Shown one piece after another: positions 21,426-33,645 of a DNA stretch of 34,398 nucleotides. The notes under the pieces were generated by a model. The model saw nothing but the letters and a program-made list of their open reading frames with translations, was not told where the DNA came from and ran no database searches. Within the stretch, counting starts at the first letter, position 1. Each line of letters starts with the position of its first letter. This DNA comes from Octopus bimaculoides (lineage: Eukaryota), in NCBI RefSeq assembly GCF_001194135.2, contig NC_068985.1:124510718-124545115 (forward strand). The letters run 5' to 3'. Both the position numbers and the translations under genes were made by a program.

Positions 21426-22462
21426 GGATGGACGATTGGTTGGTTGGTTGGTACACTGATTATGAATCTATACTATACAAGAAAGCTACTTTAATAAGTA
21501 GTTTGAATTATGTAACTTTTACTAAAAGAAAACAATTGTTAAAGGCTGGACTGTCTGGAAATAGTTTTATAAATTCCAGTTTCTAAACATTTTTGTCAAA
21601 ATGTGGTTTTGAAATTCTTTTATTATTATTTCAAGAACATGCTTCAGTCACAAATCTTATTCAATGTGTTGTTTCAGTTTAATGTAGGGTAGCATTTTAT
21701 AACATCTGCTTATACTTCTGGAAATATAAAGGTTGCCCAAATATTTTCAAAACTACTTTTTACTATTTTAAGTTTAATTCAGTGTCAACCATATTATGTT
21801 GATTCCAGTTGATTCATATTCATTGTGTGTTGTTGAAGAAAGGGAAAGCTGTATAAGAAAACTGGCTTTAATTTACTTACTTTGGTTGGGTATAACTACA
21901 GAAGTATATCCCTCTCCATGTCACAATTTTTTTCCTTCATAACTTTCAAGTAAATGGGTATATTTTGTGAAATTGTCTGCAAATGTTTTTTAGATAGCGT
22001 AGATTGTAGGATCTGTTCAGTTTGGTAGATCCGATTATGATTATATTGAAATTTAATGTGGAAAAAAAAATAAATAAGAGGGCGTATTTCATGCATCTCC
22101 ACTTTACATTTTGATAATTTCATTACAATTTTGTTGGAAAAAATTAATTTTGAAGACTCTGAAAATTCTCTGAAAGAAACCTTTGTAGAGAGAGGAGTAC
22201 AATGCCAGCACTAATTATTGATTACATATTTCTTTCATTATTTCATCACAATTTCTATCTCTCTTAAACAAACTCAAAGGTGATCTGCCCACTACATTGT
22301 CATTTAGTATGCTAAAAATATCCAGAATCACATGGATCTTAACACTAACATAATTGTAATAGAATCATCAAAACAATGAAGAAACAAAGTCAAGATGCAT
22401 GAAATATTCATTTTCTCCCATTCTTTTTCCACATTAAATTTCTGTATAATCATAACCCAAAC

Positions 22463-22709
22463 CAGTTGTTCTCAACTGAGGTCCATATGGCCTCTGGGTG
22501 TCCATATAAGATTTTGATGTTAAAATCTATGTCCAATAAACTGGTTATATTTCTACAATACACAAAATGTTTTTAACAATTTTTTTTATCCAATTTCTAA
22601 TGATATTTAATTATAATAGGATTTTATAAACATCAAATGCCTATGGGTTCATCTGAGTAAAATAGGAATCAAAAGGGGTATATAAAAAAAAAGTGGTTAA
22701 GAACCACTG
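22463..22709. mobile_element. hAT-like MITE
   Basis: Ends CAGTTGTTCTCAAC / GTTAAGAACCACTG resemble the hAT CAGTGGTTCTCAAC TIR. The 8-bp flanks ACCCAAAC / ATCGAAAC match at 6 of 8 (decayed TSD). Confidence 0.7.
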
Positions 22710-24817
22710 ATCGAAACCATTTGAAAGTTATTTGTGAAAATTAAAAAAACAATATCCATTTTTCTAAAATTAATGAGGAAACAAAATTGAGATGTGTGAA
22801 TTATCCAAAACTCCTCTCCCAAAAAAGCTGTACAGCACAAATTCTAAAAAAAAAAAACAACATAATCTATACTATGTAAGACACACTTGTAAAAACTTTG
22901 CATTTTTCAGAAAGTCATGAGGAAACAAATTCAGCAGTGCACATTTCTGTAGTTATGCTCTAAATTTACTGAGTGAGTCCTATAAAACAAATAAAGAATT
23001 CAAAGGGAATTAAAAGAAAAATTATACAAATAGCAGATCAAATGTGTAAATATAATTTAGCAACTAGCAGAAAAACCACCTGGAGGGCAGTATTTCTGCT
23101 AGTATCAACAAAACAACTTGGGAATTAACCCGAGGGAGGCATTCTGCATACTAAATATGGTAGAGTCTCACATATTTTATCCCTACTGTTGTATACTTAT
23201 GTTTCCATGTAGGATTTTTTTAATATATATATTTTTACAACTGGTTGCCTTTCCTACCACCGTTAATTGGTCAGCTGGTTGGGTTTTAACAAACCTTTCC
23301 TACAGACATGACATTGTATCTGTCACAAACTTTGAACATATTACTCCATGTGATCAGTAGTCTAGCACATTAGGACTTCATAGCTGTAGACCTGTATTTG
23401 TTATGTAGCTCCATGTAATCAGTGATTGAGAAGAACTATGACCAAAGTTGTTCCATCCTTGACCATCTCCTGTTATATTTCAGGTAGTGCTTCATGCATA
23501 TGTTATCCAATGTACCATTTTGCTTCCAAAACAATATTCTGTTGTTTGAATGAGATTTAACTGATATTTCTGGTAGGTTCAAGTGATCATATTGAGGGTC
23601 TTCATTGGCTTATTAATTTCTTGGTATAAAGTACAGGCATGGCTATGTGGTGAAGTAGTTTAATTTAGGGTATAGTCCCACTGCAAATATCTTCTACTAT
23701 AACCCATGCATTCCCAAAACATTTATGGCCTTGTAGCTATGTTAGACATATATATTTGAGTTTAAAACATTTGGTTATTTTGATCTATTTGTGACATCAA
23801 TTCTGATAGAAAGGATTGTTCATGTATTTCATTTTAATTTTAGAATACTCAAGAAGGTAAGGAATTTAGTAAAAGTAGTCAATTTTCCATTATTAAGCTG
23901 GAGTTCAGAGCATAATAAAAGGTTCTGATAAAAAATTTGCATTTAAATATAAACATTTTAAAATGGACTAAGAGATGTCTTGGGCAGGTTTATATCAAAA
24001 GATTTAAAGGTAGTGAATATTCCATCTGTATGTGTAGTGGTGTGGGGGAGGAGGATTTCAGTGAATATTGAGCATGCAAAGTTACTACATAGAAATTCCC
24101 TCACTGGTTTGTTGATGGTGCTGGCGGCAGCAACGATGGTGGTAAGTTGGAAGTTTACAAAAGAACAGTTCATATTTGAAATGATTTCTACATCAAACTA
24201 TATGGGTGGGAAAGAAAAGGAAAGAGAAGAAGACATGCCTGAAGTTGTGTTGCTACGACGACCATCTCAGTATAGATCTGTTACACAATTTTTTTTTTTC
24301 TTTCCACCTATTAAAAGTGCTGGGATGATAAATAGCTTCTGCACTTCTGCATTTCTGTATATGTGAGTGGACATGCACGTTCATGCATCTGTATGCATGT
24401 GTACTTCCATGTGTGTATGTATCTGTATGTGTGTGGTTGTGTGTAAGCACATTATATACACATACATTTGTATGTGTATATGTGTGTGTGTTTTCCAATT
24501 TACATTATCATTTCCTTTGCTCCATTCTAAATAGATAGTTCTGTCAATACAATTTGTTGTTGTTGCTCTTATCTTTCTTCTCTTCATAGTTTCATTGTTT
24601 TATTTTTTATTTTTTTTATTTTTTTTGTTTTTATTCCTTTTATCATCATCATCATCCTCATCATTAATATTTGTTTTTGGTCATTAGATAGTGCTGACAG
24701 GCAGAGCTGTTACTTAATGAAACTATCCACACTTTTATCTTGTCCTTTATTTGCTCAACATTTTCAACCCATTTCTCTCTCCCTTCTTCACTCTCTCTCT
24801 TTCTTTCTCACTCTGTT

Positions 24818-24819
<2 letters not shown>

Positions 24820-24874
<55 letters not shown>
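24820..24874. repeat. (AC)n microsatellite
   Basis: Direct inspection. Confidence 0.95.
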
Positions 24875-24883
<9 letters not shown>

Positions 24884-25044
24884 GTGGTGTGAACAAGGCC
24901 TACACATACAGAAAGCTTCGAGAAGCAGAATGTATTACGTGTTTCCATGTGTATGTAATCAGTCTCACACTTTCTCTGTATTAAGTTATTTTCTTTTCTT
25001 CCACTTGTTTTGCCATTATCATTAAAAAAAAAAAATTAACGAAC

Positions 25045-25062
25045 TATTATTATTATTATTAC

Positions 25063-25102
<40 letters not shown>
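25045..25102. repeat. (TTA)n microsatellite
   Basis: Direct inspection. Confidence 0.95.
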
Positions 25103-25103
<1 letters not shown>

Positions 25104-25365
25104 GTTGTTTCTCACCAGCATCACATTCATGATTTAGGTGACTGTGTAAGGAAGGCTTCCAGCATAGTTTATTCATAAATTATTAACTCACTACAATCAA
25201 AATATCATTAATTCTCACCAATAACTCCACTATCACCATTACTGTTACACACACACACACACACACACACGAAGAAAGAGAAAAGAAAAAAACTCATTTG
25301 GACTTGTATCATATTTACATTTTCAACATCAGGAGGTATTTGGAGGTTGCAATTTTTTATAAGTG

Positions 25366-25395
25366 ACTAGCAGAGATACCCGGCGTTGCTCGGGG
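25366..25395 (+). mobile_element. Possible Helitron/HINE terminal motif
   Basis: ACTAGCAGAGATACCCGGCGTTGCTCGGGG resembles recalled CTAG...CCCGGCGTTGCCCGG termini. Too short to be sure. Confidence 0.35.
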
Positions 25396-25409
25396 TTAAA
25401 ATGGCATAG

Positions 25410-25620
25410 TCTTTTATTGTTTTACTTGTTTCGGTCATGTGACTGTAGCCATGCTAGAGCACCGATTTTAGTCAAAGAAATCGAGCCCAGGATTTATTCT
25501 TTATAAGTCTAGTACTTATTCTATCGGTGTGTTTTGCCAAACGGCTAACTTACAAGGACAAAAACACACCAACATTGGTTGTCAAGCGATGGTGGGAGTA
25601 CAGACATAGACACACACTCA
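25410..25620 (-). mobile_element. SINE family B, 3' half
   Basis: Reverse-complement homology to 2430-2630. Confidence 0.8.
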
Positions 25621-25811
25621 TACCTCTTTGAAATNNNNNNNNNNNNNNNNNNNNNNNNNNNNNNNNNNNNNNNNNNNNNNNNNNNNNNNNNNNNNNNNNN
25701 NNNNNNNNATATATATACACACATACATATGTATGTGTCGATAAGCCAGCTGGAGGAGATGTCCTCCTGGGGCTAAAAGCAACAGTAACATCCACCCCTA
25801 GGGGTCAGCCA

Positions 25812-25968
25812 CATCATCATCATCATCATCATCGTTTAACGTCCACTTTCCATGCTAGCATGGGTTGGACGATTTGACTGAGGACTGGTGAAGCAGATGG
25901 CTACACCAGGCTCCAATCTCGCTCGAATTTCTTTTCACGTGCCACCGGCACGGAAGCCAGACAGCTTC
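25812..25968 (-). mobile_element. SINE-like repeat family A, internally deleted
   Basis: (CAT)n then CGTTTAACGTCC...CTCCAATCT, joined to CACGTGCCACCGGCAC. Confidence 0.8.
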
Positions 25969-26973
25969 CCCTTTCTTTCTCACATTTCCTGGCCCTCTCT
26001 TTCCTTAACTCCCACGTTTTTCTCCTCGTTTATCTCTCCTGTACTTTTCCCTTGTCTCTGATATATTTTTGTTCTAATCCTTCAATCCTGCTGCCCCTAC
26101 CCCTCTCTCCTCCTTCCACGTGACCAGTGTCCGGCCAGCCATGATCTTTCTCTTTTGGCCTGACTGTCGACCACCAACACCTCTTATATCCATCTCCCAT
26201 GTTCCTGCCTTGAGGGTTTCTCTTCATACACACCAGCTCCATTTGATTTGTTCTCAGTCAAAAGACCCCTGTTGTTATATTCTTGTTTGTATTTGTAATT
26301 GTGTACCATGTTCTCCATTTTTTGTATTTGTTGCCGTAAATATTAGCTAGCTCTCTTACAAAAAGGTCTAATTCTCTTAGCTTAGACTTGGGGGGGGGGG
26401 GCAACCAAATCGAACTGCCCGAAACAATAAGGACTTCTGGTATACTTGACTGAGGAAAGAAGACCAGAAATGACCCGTCTTTTTTCGCCTGTCCTTCTAG
26501 TTGTTTTTTCTCCTGTCTGCCTTTGTATTGTCTATCTATTTGAGTGTTTTATTGGCCTCTATTGCGTTTTTGCTCCATTTTTTTATATCTATATATAGAT
26601 ATGTATATATACATATATATACATGTACATATATATACATATATATATGTAAACAATATATACATGTATATATATAGACAATATATATGTATATATACAT
26701 ACATATATATACANNNNNNNNNNNNNNNNNNNNNNNNNNNNNNNNNNNNNNNNNNNNNNNNNNNNNNNNNNNNNNNNNNNNNNNNNNNNNNNNNNNNNNN
26801 NNNNNNNNNNNNNNNNNNNNNNNNNNNNNNNNNNNNNNNNNNNNNNNNNNNNNNNNNNNNNNNNNNNNNNNNNNNNNNNNNNNNNTATATATAGACAATA
26901 TATATATATATATAGACAATATATATATATGTATATAGACATGCATATATATATATATGTATATATACACACA

Positions 26974-27108
26974 CTGGCGTTAGGAAGGGCATCCCCGCTG
27001 TAGAAACTCTGCCAAATCAGATTGGAGCCTGGTGTAGCCATCTGGTTTCACCAGTCCTCAGTCAAATTGTCCAACCCATGCTAGCATGGAAAGCGGACGT
27101 TAAACGAC
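26974..27108 (+). mobile_element. SINE-like repeat family A (5' truncated)
   Basis: Near-identical to 16918-17047. Confidence 0.85.
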
Positions 27109-27454
27109 GCCAACGATATATATATATATATATTAGACCTTTTTGTAATAAAGCTAGCAAATGTGTACGGCAATGGAATAATTGTTGCACATGCAGCTCA
27201 GCCAGTCACATACGCATACACCCACACACAGATACCCTCTTCGTCATCATTTAATGTCTGTTTTACATGCTGGCATGGATTGGAAAGGCTGACAGGAGCA
27301 GAAAAGGTTAGGGGCCGCACCAGGTTTCCATAAACTCGTATCAGTCTTTGAACCACAGCTCAGTGGGGGCACTACTCTGAAGGGCCTAGTCAAACATAAG
27401 AAATGCGGTCCTTATTTTTTATGTCTGGTATTTATTCTATTGGTCTTCTTGTTG

Positions 27455-27722
27455 AACCATTAAGTCACAGGGATGTATACAAACTAACACCAGCCGTCAC
27501 GTGATAGAAGGTGGGGGGACAAACACAAATGGTCACACACATACACATACACACACACATACACACATAACAGACTTCCACACAGTCTCCATCTACCAAA
27601 TTCACTCTCAAGTTATTGGTTGGCCCGGAGCTATAGTGTAAGACACTTACCCAAGATATTGCACAGTTAGATTGAACCCCAAAACCATGTAGTTGCAAAG
27701 TGACTTTTTAACCACACAGCCT
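27455..27722 (-). mobile_element. SINE family B
   Basis: Reverse-complement homology to 2260-2500. Confidence 0.7.
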
Positions 27723-27754
27723 TACCTGCTATGTGCAGGCCTAATTTAATTGCA

Positions 27755-28497
27755 TTTCTGTTGGGGCATAAGCTGTTAGAAGACAAAGACAATGATCACT
27801 GATACACCAATAAATCCTCCAATAACAATCAGAAACAACAGTCTGAAGAACAAAGTAAATTTCAAATATCTAGGAAGCACCATCTGCAATGATGCTGACA
27901 CAAAATGTTATGTACAAAAGCCTGTATTAGACAAGCTTCAGGTGTATTCAGATAACTTTGCCCAGCGTGGTCTAATAATTCCATCACCAAAGATGTGAAA
28001 ATCCATCTCTACATGTCAATTGTTGAGCCTACTGTTATCTATGTGTGTGAAGCATGGAAAAGCACAGTCTTACATAGGTGATGCATTTGTGTTATACTGT
28101 GGACTACATCACCTGTGGACTACATCACCTGTGGACTACATCACCTGTGGACTACATCACCTGTGGACTACATCACCAATGAGATCATGCAGAAGTCGGG
28201 GCTAGACAACTTATCAGACATCATCAAGAAGCAAAGATTGTGATTCATTGGACATATAATACAGCTACCAAAACACAGGCTGTCACACACTGCATTGACA
28301 TGGACACTGACTGGGAGCAAACGAGGGAGGGGAAGACCACAAAAAACTGGTGCAGTACTCTCTGCAAGGACTTAACGGAACTGCAATTGACTTGGACCCA
28401 TGCAAAAATAGCTGCAACAGATGGTACTCAGTGGAAGCAACTCATTGGCCAATGTTCCGTTAGGAACAAGAGGAACTAAGAATAAGACTAAGACTTG
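27755..28497 (+). mobile_element. RTE-like LINE, 5'-truncated (end of RT plus C-terminal domain)
   Basis: KTKTM...FKYLGSTI...ASGVFR*LCPAWSNNSITKDVKIHLYMSIVEPTVIYVCEAWK...LSDIIKK.RL*FIGHI...WCSTLCKDL..LQLTW..AKIAATD..QWKQL..QCSVRNKRN*, then a short tandem tail TAAGAA-TAAGAC-TAAGAC. Confidence 0.8.
28097..28176 (+). repeat. Perfect tandem array, 5 x 16 bp (CTGTGGACTACATCAC)
   Basis: Copies at 28097, 28113, 28129, 28145 and 28161. No spacers. Confidence 0.97.
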
Positions 28498-28544
28498 TCT
28501 CCACCAGCACTGTCATGTCTGTGTCTACATAGCCATGCCATATA

Positions 28545-28735
28545 AATATGGTAGGTGTAGTATAGCTGTCTGGTTGAGAAGTTTACTTCCTTACCACATG
28601 ACTTTGGGTTCAGTCCCAGTGTGTAGCAAGGTGCACAGAACCTTGGACAAGGGTCTTCTACTGTAGCCATAGGCCAATCAATGACCTGTGGGTGAATTGG
28701 GTTGGTAGACAGAAACTGAGTGAAACCTATCGTGT
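28545..28735 (+). mobile_element. SINE family B, 5' half
   Basis: Homologous to 2255-2410. Confidence 0.65.
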
Positions 28736-28741
28736 GTGTGT

Positions 28742-28794
<53 letters not shown>

Positions 28795-28795
28795 T

Positions 28796-28863
<68 letters not shown>

Positions 28864-28880
28864 TTGTGTGTGTGTGTGTA
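28742..28880. repeat. (AT)n(AGAT)n(TG)n compound microsatellite
   Basis: Direct inspection. Confidence 0.95.
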
Positions 28881-29894
28881 TGAAGGTGTGTCTTGGTTTT
28901 AATGTTCCTTTTAGCCAATGCCTCCATGGCAAATAAAATAAATCGTTGTTGTTGTTGTTGTAGTAGTAGAGTAATAGAAATCAAAGAGCATCAATTAAAT
29001 AACCTCTCTATATTTGTGATTATAAGTTTTTGGGATTATTAACATCATCTTCAGAGATGAAACAGTTTTTTTTTTTTTTTTTTTTTTTTTTAAATATTTA
29101 CATCTACACTACATTTCAGAGATCAAACCGATCAAAACGTAGGGTAGATGTTAATAATAAAAAATCGTTTCATCTCGAAAGATGAAGTTAATAGTCTGAA
29201 AAATTATAATAGTATTAACAACAACTCATCTCAGACATTTAATTAATCACTCTATGTTCTGAATTCCAATCCTGTTGTGACACAACTATGCTCTTTCATC
29301 ATTTTAGGTCAATAACATAAGTTTCAATTTTGTATGGAGATATTGGAGAGAAGTGTTTTCACCAGCTTTAACTCTCCCCTGCATTTTTGTAGACTTGGGA
29401 GAAGCCAGATTCCTCTTTGACTAAGCCCTCATGATTTTCTTTGAGTATCACTTGAAGGGAAAGGTGGGGATAGAAAGGAAGGTACTGCTTCCAGTTAATT
29501 TTATGAAAGGTGAGTGAGAGCAACAAATTGGCATGGCTAAGTGGCCCTACTCTAAATATATCAATGCTACTGTAAACTATCAGCAAGTACTAGAGGAAAG
29601 TACTTGTCTTTGGTGTACCTAGGTATGTTGAAGTTGTGTATGAGGCACTCTTAATCACTTTGCAAGGTTATCTATACTTTCATTGTTGGTATTTTGTTTT
29701 TCTAAACTGTTATTGTGATTGAATTTGGTTGGCATAAAATGAAAAACAGCTTGTTGTGAATGTATGTGTTTAGGGAGATAGGGGTTGTGTTCTTGTCTTG
29801 ACATTGCATGCTAATTATAAACAAACATCATCATCATCATACAAGCAGTGCTCTTTGTTTGCAATCTCTTGGGAACATGTTCAGATGAGAAAAT

Positions 29895-30027
29895 ATTACC
29901 TTGCTTGGAAACAGGTGAGGGTTGGCAATAGGCAGATCATTCAGCCAAAGAAATTTGCTTCAATAAATCCCATCTAACTCATGCTAACATGGAAAAGTAA
30001 ATGCTAAAACAATTATGACAACATTGT

Positions 30028-30069
<42 letters not shown>
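29895..30069 (+). mobile_element. Family A-related element with a long (GAT)n tail
   Basis: GGTGAGGGTTGGCAATAGG...CCCATCTAACTCATGCTAACATGGAAAAG...(GAT)n. Confidence 0.6.
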
Positions 30070-30070
<1 letters not shown>

Positions 30071-30803
30071 TGCATCTTTATTGTTGTTCTCACCCTTTTA
30101 GCTGAAGTAAATCCCTCACTATTCCTTGTTTCCGTTTGCATTTTATCTTTGTATTATTACCAATGTTGGCTCTTCTGGCCAATAAAAGAAATCATCATCT
30201 TCTGTTTAACATACAAGTTATTGTCTCATTTTAATATGAAGTAGATTTGTGATTGTAAGCCTTTCATTTTCCAAATTTTATTTTATTGGTAATATTTCCC
30301 ATGAAATATAGACATTTCCTAAAATTGCTATCTTCTGAACTTCTCATGTAGAAGGTTGAACAGGCAGTCCTTTGATTTTTCTGATTTGTGCTGAATTTGA
30401 CTTCTCTGAACACACTTATAATTACAGAAGCTGATCATGAGTCTGTAGTTCATATCTTAGCAATTTTTGTGGGTCTATATATTTTGAGAGATTTTCCAAC
30501 CTTATAAAATGATAAACACTATTGTCTGTTTGGCAAACCACATCAGTAAGTTTACAAGACCTGGAATTTATGCTTTCGTAATATCATGGCACTCTGCTCC
30601 TATCAATTCATTTCTGTACATTTGCATATCTTAGAAAATTACACCATATTCATTCTTTACAAATTTTTGCAATATGTTCATAATTTTCCCCAGCTGCTTA
30701 TTATTTATCATGACTCAAGATTGATCTCATTCCTTACAGAATCTATGTGGGATATTAGGTTACTACTTATAACCTTTGATAGCCATATGATTTCAACAAG
30801 CCA

Positions 30804-30930
30804 TTAAGTGCTCAAAACCTTCATGATGATCTTCCCTGTTCCTAAGAGGCAAACCTTCTGTAGAAGCTCTACTAGATACTCCATTCCAATTCCGTTTATC
30901 TATTTGTTTCGGTGTTTTTTGTGCTTGTTT
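30804..30930 (-). mobile_element. C-terminal fragment of an RLE-type (R4/Dong-like) LINE
   Basis: IGMEYLVELLQKVCLLGTGKIIMKVLST* matches the typical LQK..LLGTA.I.RKVL terminus of RLE-encoding non-LTR elements. Confidence 0.55.
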
Positions 30931-31084
30931 TAGCATTGATCTTGTTTGTTGTGAAAGCTTTTATAATACTGAGAAGTAAAATATGTGTTGTGTAAGTTGT
31001 GTTATTTTGTTAGTTGGGGGTTATGTTGAATATATGCAGTTGTATCATAGATTTTAAAATATCTTGCATAGAATACATATAGAA

Positions 31085-31299
31085 CAGCCCTATGAGTCAT
31101 ATAAACTCATAGGGCTGATTTCGTGATTTCCATAGTGTATATATTCCCCACCTGGACTGGATGCCTGGTCTGTCACTCATTTTTGCCAGCTGAGTGAACT
31201 GGAGCAATGTGAAATGAAGTGTTTTGCTCATGAGCACAACACGTTGCCCAGTCCAGGAATTGAAAAGGCAATCTTGCGATCATGAGTCCAACACCCTAA

Positions 31300-31300
<1 letters not shown>
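31085..31300 (-). mobile_element. tRNA-derived SINE, family C
   Basis: Reverse-complement homology to 6730-6965. Carries a perfect 13-bp 3' stem. Confidence 0.8.
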
Positions 31301-31301
<1 letters not shown>

Positions 31302-31397
<96 letters not shown>

Positions 31398-31524
31398 ATA
31401 GTTTTAGGGAAAATAACCAAGTTTCAAGAATTGAGTTTTTACCTGTAATTTTGGATTTTGTCCCTAATATTATTATATATACATATATATGTATATATAT
31501 GTATGTATATATATGTATATATAA

Positions 31525-31575
<51 letters not shown>

Positions 31576-31600
31576 TATATACAGACATTTATATACACAT
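31302..31600. repeat. (TA)n / (TG)n microsatellite field
   Basis: Direct inspection. Confidence 0.9.
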
Positions 31601-32394
31601 GCGTATGTATAATCATATGTCTCAAGTTCACCTAGGTGATAGTGTACGAAGTTAACGATGTATTACTGAGTTGTCTACCTAATGTGAAATCAGGCAGAGA
31701 TGTTTAAGTGACAAAATCTGAAATACAAATGATTTCATTGGTACTGACAGAATGTCTCATCACTAGGCAAGCGCTAGCAGCAGCAGACCCTTGATGGAGT
31801 GGTTAGTACACTGAGATATTTTGAAATATTCATAAATGCAGGTTGGGTAGGAGGAGAAAGCAGACATTGAGTAATTTTCTCTTTTCAGCACATCTTTTGT
31901 TACTGGACAGTTTCATAAAGGCATAACTGGCTTACTTTTTGGTTTGGTTTTTCTTCTTTCCACTCAACTCTTTGTCAGCTTATTCATTCAATGATTCATC
32001 TTTTTGGCCTTCTACACAACATCATCATCTCACCAGCTATATTGATTTATATTTATATACTTGTGTGTGTTCATGCATGTGTGTGTTTGTTGTATACTCA
32101 TACATATGCCATGCATATGCAAAACAAGTATTACATGTTACACAGACATTAAAATGCAGCCTAGCTGCATTTTAAGACTGTTGCTTTGCAATCATTTGGC
32201 TCTAGATTCCATCCTACTGTGCAGTATCTTTCACTATTGTCTTATAGTGCAGCAACAGTTTCAGCTAATTCCTTGTGAATGGAATTTGGTAGAAGAAAAC
32301 TAATTAGCAACCAATCTTCATATGTATGTATGTTTGTATGTATGTATGTGTATATGTATGCCTGTATATGCATGTGTGCGTGCAACATACTCTT

Positions 32395-32480
32395 TTTTAT
32401 ATACACTTTTTCATGCTGGTATGGGTTGAAGGGAACATTTTGAGGGAGTGATTTACAGTCAGAACCCTTGCCTGAGGCTG
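32395..32480 (-). mobile_element. Family A-related fragment, diverged
   Basis: TTTTCATGCTGGTATGGGTTG...GATTTACAGTCAGAACCCTT. Confidence 0.4.
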
Positions 32481-33384
32481 TACTTTTACTTGCCACTTAC
32501 AACTTGAAGGACTATGGTGTACATATTCTAAAAATCAGGATGCACATGGCTTATTGACAGATAGACAGAGAGATGCATGCATGTGTGTGTGTATGTGTGT
32601 GTGTGCTTGTGTATTTATGTTTAGGTTCAGCTTGGTTTGTCTAAAAACTGGTGTAGTTTATGTGGTAACTCTTGATGTCCCATAACAAACTGCTTTGACA
32701 AACAGAATTCCGTAAAATATCATACTGAAATAAGTACTAGGGTTGCTTAGCGACAATCATATAAGAGAAGGAAAGATATATGCACATATACAATAAGTTT
32801 ATATATGTATATCAATATGCATACAAACACTGATATATTTAATTATATATATCTATGTATATGTACATATGCACATACATACAGACTCTGAAACAGACAT
32901 GTATCNNNNNNNNNNNNNNNNNNNNNNNNNNNNNNNNNNNNNNNNNNNNNNNNNNNNNNNNNNNNNNNNNNNNNNNNNNNNNNNNNNNNNNNNNNNNNNN
33001 NNNNNNNNNNNNNNNNNNNNNNNNNNNNNNNNNNNNNNNNATATATGTATATCAATATGCATACAAACACTGATATATTTAATTATATATATCTATGTAT
33101 ATGTACATATGCACATACATACAGACTCTGAAACAGACATGTATCAGTTTGTGTGTTGAATTCTGCAAACAAAGAACAACTATTGTTCTTTACATTCAGA
33201 AATCTAGAATGAGCTGAAGAGACTCAATGATGCTGAAACACCAGTATCTCTAAACACTCCTTTGTCACTGAATCTTGTGTGTTGTCAATAGACATCATCC
33301 AAATTGAGAACTTATACTCCAATGGTGAAATTCACTAGTAATAAGAAGTCCCCTTGTTTCACTGAGTCCCATTTGAAAGGAGTG

Positions 33385-33645
33385 TGGAGGCATGTGACTT
33401 AGTGGTTAAGGTGTTGGACTCATGATTGTAAGATCATAGTTTCAATTCCTGAACCAGACAATGCAGTGTGTTCTTGAGCAAAGCACTTCATCTCACATTG
33501 TTGCTCCAGTCCACTCAGCTGGCAAAAATGAGTGATCTTACAACAGACCGGTGTCCAATCCAGGTGGGGAATTTATACATCATGAAACTGGAAAACCAGC
33601 CCTTGAGTCAGCATGACTCAAAAAGGTAACTTTGCCTTTCCCTTT
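33385..33645 (+). mobile_element. tRNA-derived SINE, family C
   Basis: Homologous to 6720-6980 along its length. Confidence 0.8.

Noticed and set aside
23980-24366. 128-aa ORF and a perfect GTG|GTAAGT donor at 24141/24142
   Set aside because: No recognisable domain, and no good upstream acceptor (candidate AGs lack a pyrimidine tract).
28097-28176. CRISPR-like repeat
   Set aside because: The units are contiguous with no spacers, the context is eukaryotic, and there are no cas genes.
33214-33239. CTGAAGA...GAAAC
   Set aside because: No stem II pairing, no stem I or III, and no UH site.
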